DNA from: Macrostomum lignano
Taxonomy: Eukaryota
Direction of reading: 5' to 3'
Assembly: GCA_002269645.1 (NCBI GenBank)
Contig: NIVC01003478.1
Coordinates: 1-39,999, forward strand
Length of the DNA stretch: 39,999 nucleotides
Under the pieces are notes generated by a model. It did no database searches, was not told the origin of the DNA, and worked only from the letters and a program-made list of their open reading frames with translations. Below, one piece after another: positions 24,640-36,613 of this stretch (the first letter of the stretch is position 1; each line of letters begins with the position of its first letter). The position numbers were made by a program, and so were the translations under genes.

Positions 24640-25290
24640 GGATGCTTGCTATTTGGGGATGCTATTTATGTAGGGGATGCTTGCTATCTGGGGGATGGTT
24701 GCTATCTGAGGGATGCTTGCTATCTGAGGGATGCTTGCTTTCTGAGGGATGCTTGCTATCTGGGGGATGCTTGCTATCTGGGGGATGCTTGCTATCTGGG
24801 GGATGCTTGCTATCTGGGGGATGCTTGCTATCTGGGGGATGCTTGCTATCTGGGGGATGCTTGCTATCTGAGGGATGCTTGCTATCTGGGGGATGCTTGC
24901 TATCTGGGGGATGCTTGCTATCTGGGGGATGCTTGCTATCTGGGGGATGCTTGCTATCTGGGGGATGCTTGCTATCTGGGGGAAGCTTGCTATCTGGGGG
25001 ATGCTTGCTATCTGGGGGATGCTTGCTATCTGGGGGATGCTTGCTATCTGGGGGATGCTTGCTATCTGGGGGATGCTTGCTATCTGGGGGATGCTTGCTA
25101 TCTGGGGGATGCTTGCTATCTGAGGGATGCTTGCTATCTGGGGGATGCTTGCTATCTGGGGGAAGCTTGCTATCTGGGGGATGCTTGCTATCTGAGGGAT
25201 GCTTGCTATCTGGGGGATGCTTGCTATCCGGGGGATGCTTGCAATCTGGAGGATGCTTGCTATCTGGGGGATGCTTGCTGTCTTGGGATG
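24640..25290. repeat. 18-bp minisatellite (gggggatgcttgctatct) inside Helitron copy 1
   Basis: Homogeneous tandem array of about 36 units. Confidence 0.95.
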
Positions 25291-26004
25291 ATTTCTTTTT
25301 GCATTGCACTTCCTTTGAGTATTTTGTCTGTTTTCTTTGTGAAGGCTTTTTTTGGCTATCTTTTTGTTACTTGTAGAGAACAGAGGTTCTATAGAGATGT
25401 CCCCCAACGGGGGGCGAAGATTGCTAGTCCTACATACTAAAAATGAAATGTCTGTAGCTATGCGATAGATTTCAGAAAAATTGGCTCAACCGATTTTCTT
25501 CAAACTTGCACCATTCGATCAGAAATTTTCCTGGGACGGTACATGCATCTTGGCTAAGAAATTGCTTAATGTTAAAGGGATTAAATATTCGAAAAACATG
25601 CTTTTTTGCAAAGGTCAAGCCAAATTTTTGACTTGAAATGCATTGTAGGAATGCTAGAGAAAAAACTGACTGGCTGAATTACGATCGTGATAAAGGTTGC
25701 ATCAAAACAAGTTGAAAAAAAGTGTCAAAGAAATGCACACACAACTTGATTTAAATTGCGTAACCATATTGCTAACTTGAATTGAGACTGATACTGGCTG
25801 ACTGAGAAATTGATTATGTCACAACTTTCTACTTCAATTGACTTGCTGTAAGAATTGAATTATAAGGGCCACAATTCATGTTCTCCAATGGAAAAGAGAT
25901 AGCCGGATGCAAACAGACTGGAATGCTAATGTAGCGACCTGGGTTCGAATCTTAGTAGTGAAAAATGTTTTTTTTATTAAAACACCTTAAAAAACACAAA
26001 ATTC

Positions 26005-28020
26005 TAAACATTAAAGAGCCACCATTTCAAACATTAAAGAGCCACAATGTCAAACATTTAAGAGCCACCATTTCAAACCTAAAAGAGCCACCATGTCGAA
26101 CATTAAAGAGCCACCATGTCGAACATAAAAGAGCCACCATATCAAACATAAAAGAGTTACCATGTCAAACATTAAAGAGCCACCATGTCGAACATTAAAG
26201 AGCCACAATGTCAAACATTAAAGAGCCACCATTTCAAACCTAAAAGAGCCACCATGTCGAACATTAAAAAGCCACCAACTCAAACATTAAAAAGTCACCA
26301 TGTCAAACATTAAAGAGCCGCCATGTCAAACATAAAACAGACACCATTAAGAACATTAAAGAGCCACCATGTCGAACATTAAAGAGCCAGATGTCAAACA
26401 TAAAAGAGGTCCATGTCAAACATTAAAGACCCACCAGGTCAAACATGAAAGTGCCACCATGTCAAATATTAAAAAGCCACCATGTCAAACATTAAAGAGC
26501 CACCAGGTCAAACATGAAAGTGCCACCATATAAAACAGTAAAGAGCCACCATGTCAAACATTAAAGAGCCACCAGGTCAAACATATACATGACTCCATGT
26601 CAAACATTAAAGAGCCACCATGTCGAACATAAAAGGGCCACCATGTCAAATATTAAAGAGCCACCATGTCAAACATTAAAGAGCCACCAGGTCAAACATG
26701 AAAGTGCCACCATGTAAAACATTAAAGAGCCACCATGTCGAACATTTAAGAACCACCATGTCAAACATAAAATAGCCACCATGTGAAACATATAGGTGAC
26801 TCCATGTAAAACATTAAAGAGCTACCATATCAGACATATACATGACTCCATGTCAAACATATACGTGACTCCATGTTAGACATTAAAGAGCCACCATGTC
26901 GAACATTAAAGAGCCAACGTGTTAAAAATACAAGAGCCACCATGTCAAACATATACATGACTCCATGTCAAACATTGAAGAGACACCATGTCGAACATAA
27001 AAGAGCCACCATGCAAAACATAAAAGAGCCACCATGGCAAACATATACATGACTCTATGTCGAACAATCAAGAGCCACCATGTCAAACATATACATGACT
27101 CCATGTCAAACGTTAAAGAGACACCATGTCAAACATTAAAGAGCCACCATGTCAAACATTTAAGAGCCACCAGGTCAAACATGAAAGTGCCACCATGTAA
27201 AACATTAAAGAGCCACCATGTCAAACATATACGTAACTCCATGTCAAACATTGAAGAGACCCCATGTCAAACATTAAAGAGCCACCACGTCGAACATAAA
27301 AGAGCCACCATGTAAAACATATACGTAACTCCATGTCAAACATTGAAGTGACACCATGTCGAACATAAAAGAGCCACCATGTCGAACATTAAAGAGCCAC
27401 CATGTCGAACATAAAAGAGCTACCATGTCAAACATTAAAGAGCCACCATGTTAAACATAAAAGAGCCATCATGTCAAACATATAAGTGACTTTATGTCGA
27501 ACATTAAAGAGCCACCATGTCTAACATTAAAGAGCCACCATGTCGAACATTAAAGAGCCACCATGTCAAAAATTAAAGAGCCACCATGTCTATCATTAAA
27601 GAGCCATCATGTCAAACATTAAAGAGCTACTTTGTCTAACATTAAAGAGCCACCATGTCAAACATTAAAGAGCCACCATGTCAAACATTAAAGAGCCACC
27701 ATGTCAAACATAAAAGAGCCACCTTTTTGAACATTAAAGAGCCACCATTTCGAACATTAAAGAGCCACCATTTCGAACATTAAAGAGCCACCATGTCAAA
27801 CATAATAGAGCCACCATGTCAAACATTAAAAAGCCACTTTGTCAAACATAGAAGAGCCCCCATGTCAAACATAGAAGAGCCCCCATGTCAAACATAGAAG
27901 AGCCCCCATGTCAAACATAGAAGAGCCACTATGTCAGACATTGAAAAGCCACCGTATCAAACATAAAAGAGTTACCATGTACGAGCGTAGAACATAAAAG
28001 AGCCACCCTGTTAAACATAA
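26005..28020. repeat. Degenerate ~23-bp minisatellite inside Helitron copy 2
   Basis: Same unit as 22965-24545. Confidence 0.9.
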
Positions 28021-28111
28021 AAGATACATATCTTATACATACATATAAAAAAACATAAAAGAGCCGCTATAATGCTAAGGAAATTGTCGCACTAGCTACT
28101 TATTGTCTGGT

Positions 28112-29587
28112 GGATGCTTGCTATTTGGGGATGCTATCTATCTTGGGGATGCTTGCTATCTGGGGGATGCTTGCTATCTGGGGGATGCTTGCTATCTGGG
28201 GGATGCTTGCTATCTGGGGGATGCTTGCTATCTAGGGGTTGCTTGCTATCTGGGGGATGCTTGCTATCTGAGGGATGCTTGCTATCTTGGGGATGCTTGC
28301 TATCTGGGGGATGCTTGCTATCTGGGGGATGCTTGCTATCTTGGGGATGCTTGCTATCTGGGGATGCTTGCTATCTTGGGGATGCTTGCTATCTTGGGGA
28401 TGCTTGCTATCTTGGGGATGCTTGCTATCTGGGGGATGCTTGCTATCTGGGGGATGCTTGCTATCTGGGGGATGCTTGCTATCTGGGGGATGCTTGCTAT
28501 CTTGGGGATGCTTGCTATCTGGGGGATGCTTGCTATCTGGGGGATGCTTGCTATCTGGGGGATGCTTGCTATCTGGGGGATGCTTGCTATCTGGGGGATG
28601 CTTGCTATCTGGGGGATGCTTGCTATCTTGGGGATGCTTGCTATCTGGGGGATGCTTGCAATCTGGGGATGCTTGCTATCTTGCGGATGCTTGCTATCTG
28701 GGGGATGCTTGCTATCTTGGGGATGCTTGCTATCTGGGGGATGCTTGCTATCTGGGGGATGCTTGCTATCTTGGGGATGCTTGCTATCTGGGGGATGCTT
28801 GCTATCTGGGGGATGCTTGCTATCTGGGGGATGCTTGCTATCTGGGGGATGCTTGCTATCTTGGGGATGCTTGCTATCTTGGGGATGCTTGCTATCTGGG
28901 GGATGCTTGCTATCTGGGGGATGCTTGCTATCTGGGGGATGCTTGCTATCTGGGGGATGCTTGCTATCTGGGGGATGCTTGCTATCTTGGGGATGCTTGC
29001 TATCTGGGGGATGCTTGCAATCTGGGGGATGCTTGCTATCTTGCGGATGCTTGCTATCTGGGGGATGCTTGCTATCTTGGGGATGCTTGCTATCTGGGGG
29101 ATGCTTGCTATCTGGGGGATGCTTGCTATCTGGGGGATGCTTGCTATCTTGGGGATGCTTGCTATCTGGGGGATGCTTGCTATCTGGGGGATGCTTGCTA
29201 TCTGGGGGATGCTTGCTATCTGGGGGATGCTTGCTATCTGGGGGATGCTTGCTATCTGGGGGATGCTTGCTATCTGGGGGATGCTTGCTATCTGGGGGAT
29301 GCTTGCTATCTGGGGGATGCTTGCTATCTGGGGGATGCTTGCTATCTTGGGGATGCTTGCTATCTGGGGGATGCTTGCTATCTGGGGGATGCTTGCTATC
29401 TGGGGATGCTTGCTATCTGAGGGATGCTTGCTATCTGGGGGATGCTTGCAATCTGGGGGATGCTTGCTATCTTGGGGATGCTTGCTATCTGGGGGATGCT
29501 TGCTATCTTGGGGATGCTTGCTATCTGGGGGATGCTTGCTATCTGGGGGATGCTTGCTATCTGGGGGATGCTTGCAGTCTTGGGATG
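28112..29587. repeat. 18-bp minisatellite inside Helitron copy 2
   Basis: Same unit as 24640-25290, about 80 units, with a ttgggg variant. Confidence 0.95.
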
Positions 29588-30947
29588 ATTTCTTTTTGCA
29601 ATGCACTTCATTTGAGCAGTTTGTCTGTTGTCTTTTTGAAGGATTTTTGGCTGTCTTTTTGTTACTTGTAGAAAACAGAGATTCTATCCAGATGTCCCCC
29701 ATCGGGGGGCGAAGATTGCTAGTTTTCATAGGCCTAAAACTCTTAAAGTTAGATTAGGTTACTAAGCCATATACCTGTATATAAATGTTTTTCATATTTC
29801 ATTTTGAGGTAGTTTACAGTTCAAATAATCTTGATTTAATCATATTAAAATAGTTTTCCTAAATAAAAATTTACTAAAAGGGTATAGTATTTACTAATAA
29901 TAAGTTTTCCATCTCAAATTAAAATGAATTAAAGTGAAAAACGAAGTAAGTCAATTAGAATTTAAAAACAACTTGTCAGTTTATAGAAGAATTGAATGGA
30001 CTTATAGCTATAGTGGCAAATATAGTTATAGTAACAGAATAAGTAATAGGTAAAACATATTTTTATTTCTATCTAGTATATACAGTATCCTAGGATGCAA
30101 CAAATATCAGTTTTTACTGAAACATACTGAATAAATAGTACACATTTAGTACATTTACATTGCATTCTACAATAATTAACCATGAAGTCATGAACACATA
30201 ATTTGTTTGACAGTTTGTCTAACAGTATCTGTTAGACAGATTTGTTTAGCAGTATCTTAAAGTAATTTTTCAGTCAAAATTATTTATAAATAGCTATCTC
30301 ACTCTTCACGAGGCAAAATGGTCACTGGTGAGTCAAATTTTTATGAGATTTTCTAGTTTAAAGCTCAAACCAATATTTTTTTCTGTTGTACGAGTTAAAA
30401 CCAGAAGTACGAGTATGCAATAAGAGTCTAAAACAGCAAATTGCTTCGTAAATCGAATTCTGCAGAGCGTTTCTTTGAACTTCTATGCTATTGTACTCAT
30501 ATAAATCTATATTGGCTTACCAGCTACAGCCATCTAACAGGCTACGGTGTTTTAATATGCACATAATACAATATAAAAATGACAAAACATTCGAAAACAA
30601 AACTGTTGTTGAAAGCATATTTCGCGGAAAGTATTAATCTTGAATCCACCATAATCAAAATATTTGGGAAAAAGAACTTGTTGCGCATACAATGTTTCGT
30701 TAACAATTACAGTATACTGATATATAAGAACCAGATTGTCAACATTTTCAATAAAAAAAGATTTATCCTCATTTTCATTGATTAAATTTTTGATTTCTAC
30801 TTTAAAATTTAAACTAGTGTATTACATGAAAATCGGTAGCTAGCATTTCATTCCTTATGTATTCTATAACGCCAAATGATGCAGTTTACCGTAACATAAA
30901 GACATACTATATACATAAGGATCCAGGATCGTCTACCGGACTATTCG

Positions 30948-31190
30948 TCTGCACTAGCTGTATGGCCGGTGGTCTGTTCCTCTGGCGATGCTGAATTGTG
31001 GGTAGTAATTGATGGAATAATAATATCATTGCAACTATGATTACCAATTTACCAATGGGCAAGTGCGGTTTTTTGTTGTAAATGGGAAGATTGGTAATCG
31101 TTGTTGCAATGATATTATTTATTTATCATTTGCTATCCACAATTTAGCATCGACAGAGGAGTGGACCACTGGTCATTTAACTAGTGCAGA
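30948..31190. repeat. Fold-back element: 100-bp imperfect inverted repeat with 43-nt spacer
   Basis: Arm 30948-31047 aligns ungapped to the reverse complement of 31091-31190 with 81/100 identity (hand alignment). Confidence 0.9.
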
Positions 31191-31235
31191 AAGGCCTACT
31201 AGTACTAGGCCTAGTAAGTTACTAAGGGTAGGGCC

Positions 31236-31536
31236 TAATGGCTAGAGTTCCGGCACTGGAACCCATTTTCTAACAGCTGGGGATCCGGCAGTGCCATATA
31301 GAAGCATATAAAGACTGCTAAGAACATATCTTAAGAAGTCTGAATAGTACTTTATGCTTAGAAGCATCTCGTCTTGAATCAAGTATCATATTGACATTGT
31401 CTTAAATTTTAATCTAGAACAAAATCTCAATATCAGCCACCTGTAGAAAGAAAAATATTTTTTTTTATCTATTGACTATATTATAATGGCACTGCCAGAT
31501 CTGTAGCTGTTAGAAAATGGGTTCCTCTAGCCATTA
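31236..31536. mobile_element. MITE-like element with ~52-bp terminal inverted repeats
   Basis: TAATGGCTAGAG-(11-nt insert)-GAACCCATTTTCTAACAGCT...GGCAGTGCCAT pairs with about 31485-31536. A TA target duplication is possible. Confidence 0.6.
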
Positions 31537-33704
31537 TCATTACTAAGTTAGGTATTATTTTACTAAATAATTTAATTATATATGCCATATGGCGCAGGCT
31601 ATTTTTTTATAGAATTATAAAAACTTGTTTCAAGGAAGAAAATATTGTTATTTGTTATTTTACTTAGGCCTAATTTGACCTGGGCCCTAATTATTTGATC
31701 TTTATCATTGATCTAAAAATGACGTTTTTTCATTATTTTTTGTCACTGTATAAATAATAGACAAAAAGTACACATATTTAATTAATTTCAAAAAACATTT
31801 ATTTGCAATTGCATTTTCAAAATTTCAATAGTATTAAACTATAGAACTATTAGGAACTTAAAAAATTGTATTGCAAGCTACCAAAAATACTATTGAAAAT
31901 ATTGGCTTGTGACTCTAAGTCTAACTATAGTAAAAAATGCAGTAAGTTTCACTTAATTTTCTGGCATAAATAGGCTATTTCTTTGGTGCACTTGGCATAT
32001 CTAGAGCAAAGGGAGAAATGAAGGCTTATAACTTAGTGCAGTTTGTAAGGAGTCAAGTGAGATTTTAAAAGTTTAGATTTTGTTGCTTTTTTTCTTTCTA
32101 TCAGATAAATCTAGTTTGTATGAGTAAAATGAAATCTCATTTATAAAAACTAATCAAGGGATAAAAAAGTTATTCTTGTGTCCTTTTTGTCTATTTTTTT
32201 AATGCTTTTTTCCCATAAGGCCCTATAATCAATTGTGACAGGAAGACAAAAAACCTAGGAAAAGTGTTTGTAACTTAATGTTTAACTTAATGGATTTTTA
32301 AAATATAGTATAACTTTTACCTATGCTATAGTATAGTGTCCTGCGCATATCCAAAAATAATGAGGAAACTTTTAAGGGAAATACGTGCATTATTGCATTC
32401 ACCTCAAATGAAAAACTGAGGGAGGTTCATCTTAAAATTCATTTCTGAGAAAATCTGTACATGAGATACATTAATAAAAATTTGCTGCATCTTATTAAAC
32501 ATAAAATTCTACATTAAAAAACAATGCTAGCAAGGGGGAAGAGGGCACCAAAATGAACATCTGAAAAAAGTCACAAAGTTTTTAATGCAGTTTTGTAAGA
32601 GAAAAAAAATCTTCCTTAAAAAACTTTCAATAAATACTTTATTCTATGTTCTTTCTTCCTAAAAGTTTTGTTTCTCTATATTCCAATGCTTTGAAGAATT
32701 TCAAATTTGCCATAAGTAGTCATTTTTTTGTTTTGGTCACATGGGCATTTTATGTAACAAAATTCACAAACTTTGATTGTGTATAACTTTCAGACCACTT
32801 TACTGATTGGCCTGTGTGGCCACTCTTTGGAAAGTATAATTTGTGATCTTTTTAAATATATTTGGTTCTATTAATATGTTTGTTTTAACATTGATTTTTT
32901 TCTTCCAAAAGGAGTACCATTTTGTCAATTTTTCCTTTTTTAGTTTTTTAATATAGCTCACAGGACTCCCTATAGTTAGGGCATGGTTAAGGTCTAAGAT
33001 TCCTTTGATTAATAATTAGGCTTAATTTACAAATATTGCTGATTTTGTGATACATAATTATTTGCCTCTATGCTTATGAAAGTTTGTTATAATTTTAAAA
33101 ATTTTATAATAATCATTAATTTTATTATGAACATCCATATACTAAAAATGGTCTGTCTGTGGGTGTGCAATCAATTTTAGCAAAATGAGACCATTCTAAA
33201 TTCAAATTCAATTCAATTTGGATAAAAATAATGCCATTGCAAATGTTTAAGTCTAGATTCTATAAGTAGGCACTAAGCCTAACAAATTTAAAAAGTTTTA
33301 AAAGTTTTTTAAAATTTGTTTTTTTTATATGATAATCATATTTTGCCACATGGTACAAGGAATAAAATTGCTTTGGCATATAGCAAATAAGCAAAAAATA
33401 AAGAAAATTTATTCTGACACACTGCATTTGCTTGACTATGGGCTTTTGATTCTCTAATACCCAAGAAGTATTGTCAATAGTATCGTAGCATTAAGACATT
33501 GGTAAAATTCCATTTTTGCTATGGATATGGTTATAGGAAGTTATAGGTAGAGAGGTTTTTTTGTAAAACATAGATATAGATATGAATATGGTTATGGGAA
33601 CACATACTTCCTTTATTTAGTTTCTATATCTAGTAATACCACTTAATTGAGAGTTGAGAGACCATTGGAGCTATTGATTTAATAGTGTTAGGGTAGTAAA
33701 AATA

Positions 33705-34200
33705 AATGAATGTGTTGCCAGCTTCAAAGTGAGGGGAACTCATAAGTCCCTAGAATTTAGGACTCAAGCATTAACATAGATTGTCAATACCATGTCCTTA
33801 TGGTTGGGTGGTAAGGGCTAAAGAATTAAGATGAATGTTTTCACTTTCCAGGGGAAGCTCTTAAGTCCCTGCATAGATTTAGGGACTTATCAACAGAGTT
33901 TGGATACCATATGCACATTGTATTTGGTTGGTAGGGGCTAATATTAAGATGAGTCTTTTCAATTTTAATGCAGGAGGAACTCTTAAGTCCTTATGGTTGG
34001 GGACTTAAACAACAGAGTTTTGATGCAGTGTGCACATTGGGGTTGGTGCAACTAAAGTTAGGACATGAATGTTTTCACTTTCAATCGGAGTTCTTAAATC
34101 CCTGGGGTGGGGTTGGGATAAGATAATTTTTTTCATCTTCAATATGAGTAGAACTCTTAAGTCCTTAGAATTGGGGACTCAAGCAACAAAGATATAAATG
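33705..34200. repeat. Degenerate ~120-bp tandem repeat, 4-5 units
   Basis: The anchor motif (a/g)(c/t)tc(t/a)taa(g/a)tcc recurs at about 33738, 33858, 33979, 34090 and 34154. Confidence 0.7.
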
Positions 34201-34686
34201 TTTGACACTACACAAACATTGATGTTGGAATAGGGCTGGGGGTTAGAGAACATCCAAGATGAGAAGGCTTGAAAATATTACTGAGAGGTCATCAGAAGTA
34301 ATGTTTAAAAATTAAGGGTAGTACTTGGCACTGTCAATGCTCTTTAAAGAAAAGAAAATTTGAAAAACTGATATAATCATATATCTAAAATTATCCATTG
34401 TAAAATGATTTATAACTGGCAAAGGCATGCATTATTTTCTAGAAAATGTATTTTAGCTCACTAAATGAAGTAAAATGCGAGAGTAACTATATATGTCTTA
34501 AGAGATGTAAACTCCTCGTCAGCTAAATAGTGCTATATTGCTAGTACTATAATAACAAACTTTTAATTTTATATACAAATAAGAATTTAAGCTCTAAAGC
34601 CACTAGTCATGAGCATTGACTGTTGATAACTTCCTACTTCAACCGTGGATTTGTTGCTAAATTTTATTAAAACCCGACAGCCAAAA

Positions 34687-35220
34687 ATGGCCGCCGCTAA
34701 TCTTGAGAACCGCCTAGCCGGCGCACTGGACCCGGACATTGCCAGCCACGTGGCCGCTTACATGGCCAATATGTCCGATCGTTCGGACGCGCTCGAATAT
34801 CTAGCCGAATTTATCGATCATTCGAATCCTAAACACGCCGCTTTGCTAGCCGAACTTCGCACCGAATGGCTGGCAAAGCCGGCTGCTACTGCTGCTCAAG
34901 CGTCCGCTTCCATTCGTCTCACCCCTCAAGTTGCTCAAGCTGCTTCTGTAGGCTTGGAGAAGAAACCTATTGACCCGGTTTCGTCTGCTGCCGGCTCCAC
35001 TAGCCGCAGGAGTGGTGACAAGTTTGTGCCTTTATTCAGCGAACTGGGCGACCAGATTGCCGTAGCCATGCTGCCAGGCCGGCACAGATGCGACTGCGTT
35101 GCTACAAAGCACAGCCTAATTAACAATTGCCTTGGCTGCGGCAGGATTGTCTGCCAGCAGGAGGGCTCAGGGCCTTGCATGTTCTGCGGAGAATTAGTGG
35201 CTAGCAAGGCTGAGACTGAG
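34687..35220 (+). CDS. TRIP4: TRIP4 / activating signal cointegrator 1 (ASC-1), coding exon 1 with C2HC5 zinc finger
   Basis: PGRHRCDCVATKHSLINNCLGCGRIVCQQEGSGPCMFCG matches the TRIP4 C2HC5 finger, preceded by an N-terminal helical domain. ATG in context aaaATGG. Donor GAG|GTGAGC at 35221, phase 0 (534 nt). Confidence 0.93.
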
Positions 35221-35276
35221 GTGAGCAGCACGGGCTTTTCTAGCCTCAAATAGTATTTTTGGTTTCTCTAGGGCCA

Positions 35277-35533
35277 GGGGTTGTAGCCTAGTGGTTAGAG
35301 CGTCGGAATCGCTATTGAAAGGTCAGGGGTTCGATTCTCAACTCAATCGGACGCTTAACTCTGCATTGCTTCAGTTCACCCAGCTGTAAATTGGGTTACC
35401 TGCATTAGCTGGGATAATTGAGGGTATGTGTGGCGACCCTCCCCCAAACCTCCCCCATTCCTTGGACTGAACAGCCGTACGCAGCCTTCAGATGCGTCGC
35501 GCAATAACTGCGGCTGAGCTGTCGGTTGCACAT
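35277..35533 (+). mobile_element. tRNA-derived SINE with CORE-like central domain, copy A
   Basis: A box TAGCCTAGTGG at 35284-35294 and B box GGTTCGATTC at 35328-35337. The body is shared with 38867-39130. Confidence 0.8.
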
Positions 35534-35726
35534 CAGGTCAGGTGTAGGGCAGGTGTAATAAATTATGTTATAATTAGTATTAGGGCCAAAAAATAAAGAA
35601 GCCATCTTAGAGGGGTCAAGCGGGTCAACTGCCTCCATGGTTACAATGTTTTCTAGAAAGGAGGTCTCGTTTAGAAGCCTGCGTCAATAATATGGGGCTG
35701 TATTGATGCTTTTAATGTTTCTTCTT

Positions 35727-36057
35727 TTTTTGGAGACCTTTGAAAATGGGCGTTGCCGCCCATTCCACCGCTAACCTCTGGCGACCACGGGCAGCAGCTG
35801 GTGCTGCGGTGACGCGCAGGGAGATCCGGTGGTACCGGTGTCTGCAGCCCTCCGGAGAATCCAGGAGGTGGATGGTCGCTCGCCCGGTAGCCCTCAGGTA
35901 GCGGACGAGCTGGCAGAGATTCTCGGGGCTGAAAACGTCGGAAAGGTCCGGGTTTGGGCCGAGGTAGGTGAGCTGTCCTGAGTAAAGACGGAGCATTCAC
36001 AGATGAAGTGCTCTGCATTCTCAACACCGAAGAGGCAGAATGGGCAAACTATAGCTC
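35727..36057 (-). mobile_element. 5'-truncated non-LTR retrotransposon (LINE) 3' remnant
   Basis: The minus strand encodes [19 protein letters not shown] (a CCHC finger typical of LINE ORF2 C-termini). After a 1-nt frame break it continues [31 protein letters not shown], then a short 3' region and an A-rich tail. A weak candidate TSD (AAGAA[A/G]AAAC) is present. Confidence 0.65.
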
Positions 36058-36613
36058 GTTTTTTCTTACTTGAAGTAGTTGAATTGTGTTAGACTAGCTG
36101 AGCTCCCTATTGCTGCATTAGTGTTTCGTAGGCTAAGAGCTATCGAATTATATATATATATTAAAAATTCATGACTTTTAGCTGCTGGTATGCAGCCAAC
36201 TTATGCTGAGCAGTTTGTTTTTTTACAGCCAGTAGCCAGTTGATTCCGGAGAGTATGGTTTCTATCACTGAACTCATCCCATAACCCAGCTTTCCCTCTG
36301 CCCCTCAGTCCACATGAAGTTTCAATACTTCTGCCCTCTCCCGGCGTCACACTCTCTCCAACTCTTGGTCCGTTAAACCTCACTGTATAAATTTGATAGA
36401 TTTAGCAGCTCAACTATCAAAGTCTTATGTGAGCAATTTTAACAACAAAGTTATACACAAAGCATGACTTTGACTGCAAGTCTGTCACTGGCCGAATCAA
36501 CTGCCGCCTGCAGTGCCAACAGTCGCTGGTGTGAATACCCAACTATCCAATGCTTGAATGCGAGCCTGGCCCTGATTAAATGGCATTCGATGACAAGCCT
36601 GTGATGTGTTCCT

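Larger units (their letters stand above)
22373..25427 (+). mobile_element. Non-autonomous Helitron-like element, copy 1
   Basis: 5' TC start (TCCTACATACTAAAAATGAAATGTCTGT...). 3' hairpin GTCCCCC-AAC-GGGGGGC at 25399-25415, then 8 nt, then a terminal CTAG at 25424-25427. No TSD and no Rep/Hel ORF. Confidence 0.75.
25428..29722 (+). mobile_element. Non-autonomous Helitron-like element, copy 2 (head-to-tail with copy 1)
   Basis: Same TC start directly after the CTAG of copy 1 and same internal order of parts. Hairpin GTCCCCC-ATC-GGGGGGC at 29694-29710, terminal CTAG at 29719-29722, followed by TTTT. Confidence 0.75.

Noticed and set aside
30216-30238. Perfect 10-bp hairpin TGTCTAACAG-TAT-CTGTTAGACA
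   Set aside because: It is isolated and short, in AT-rich DNA with local duplications, with no supporting context.
22112-34686. Bidirectional promoter between the divergent genes
   Set aside because: The start codons are about 12.5 kb apart and separated by transposons. No shared promoter element is identifiable.
34670-34689. SL trans-splice acceptor just upstream of the TRIP4 ATG (gacag|ccaaaaATG), and likewise ctaaag|aatATG at 22111
   Set aside because: An AG near an ATG is common by chance and cannot be distinguished from a 5' UTR cis-intron without 5' transcript data.
35277-35345. Functional tRNA gene
   Set aside because: A and B boxes are present but I could not build a complete acceptor stem, there is no Pol III T-run terminator, and the sequence continues into a body shared with a second copy. 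It is therefore called a SINE head.
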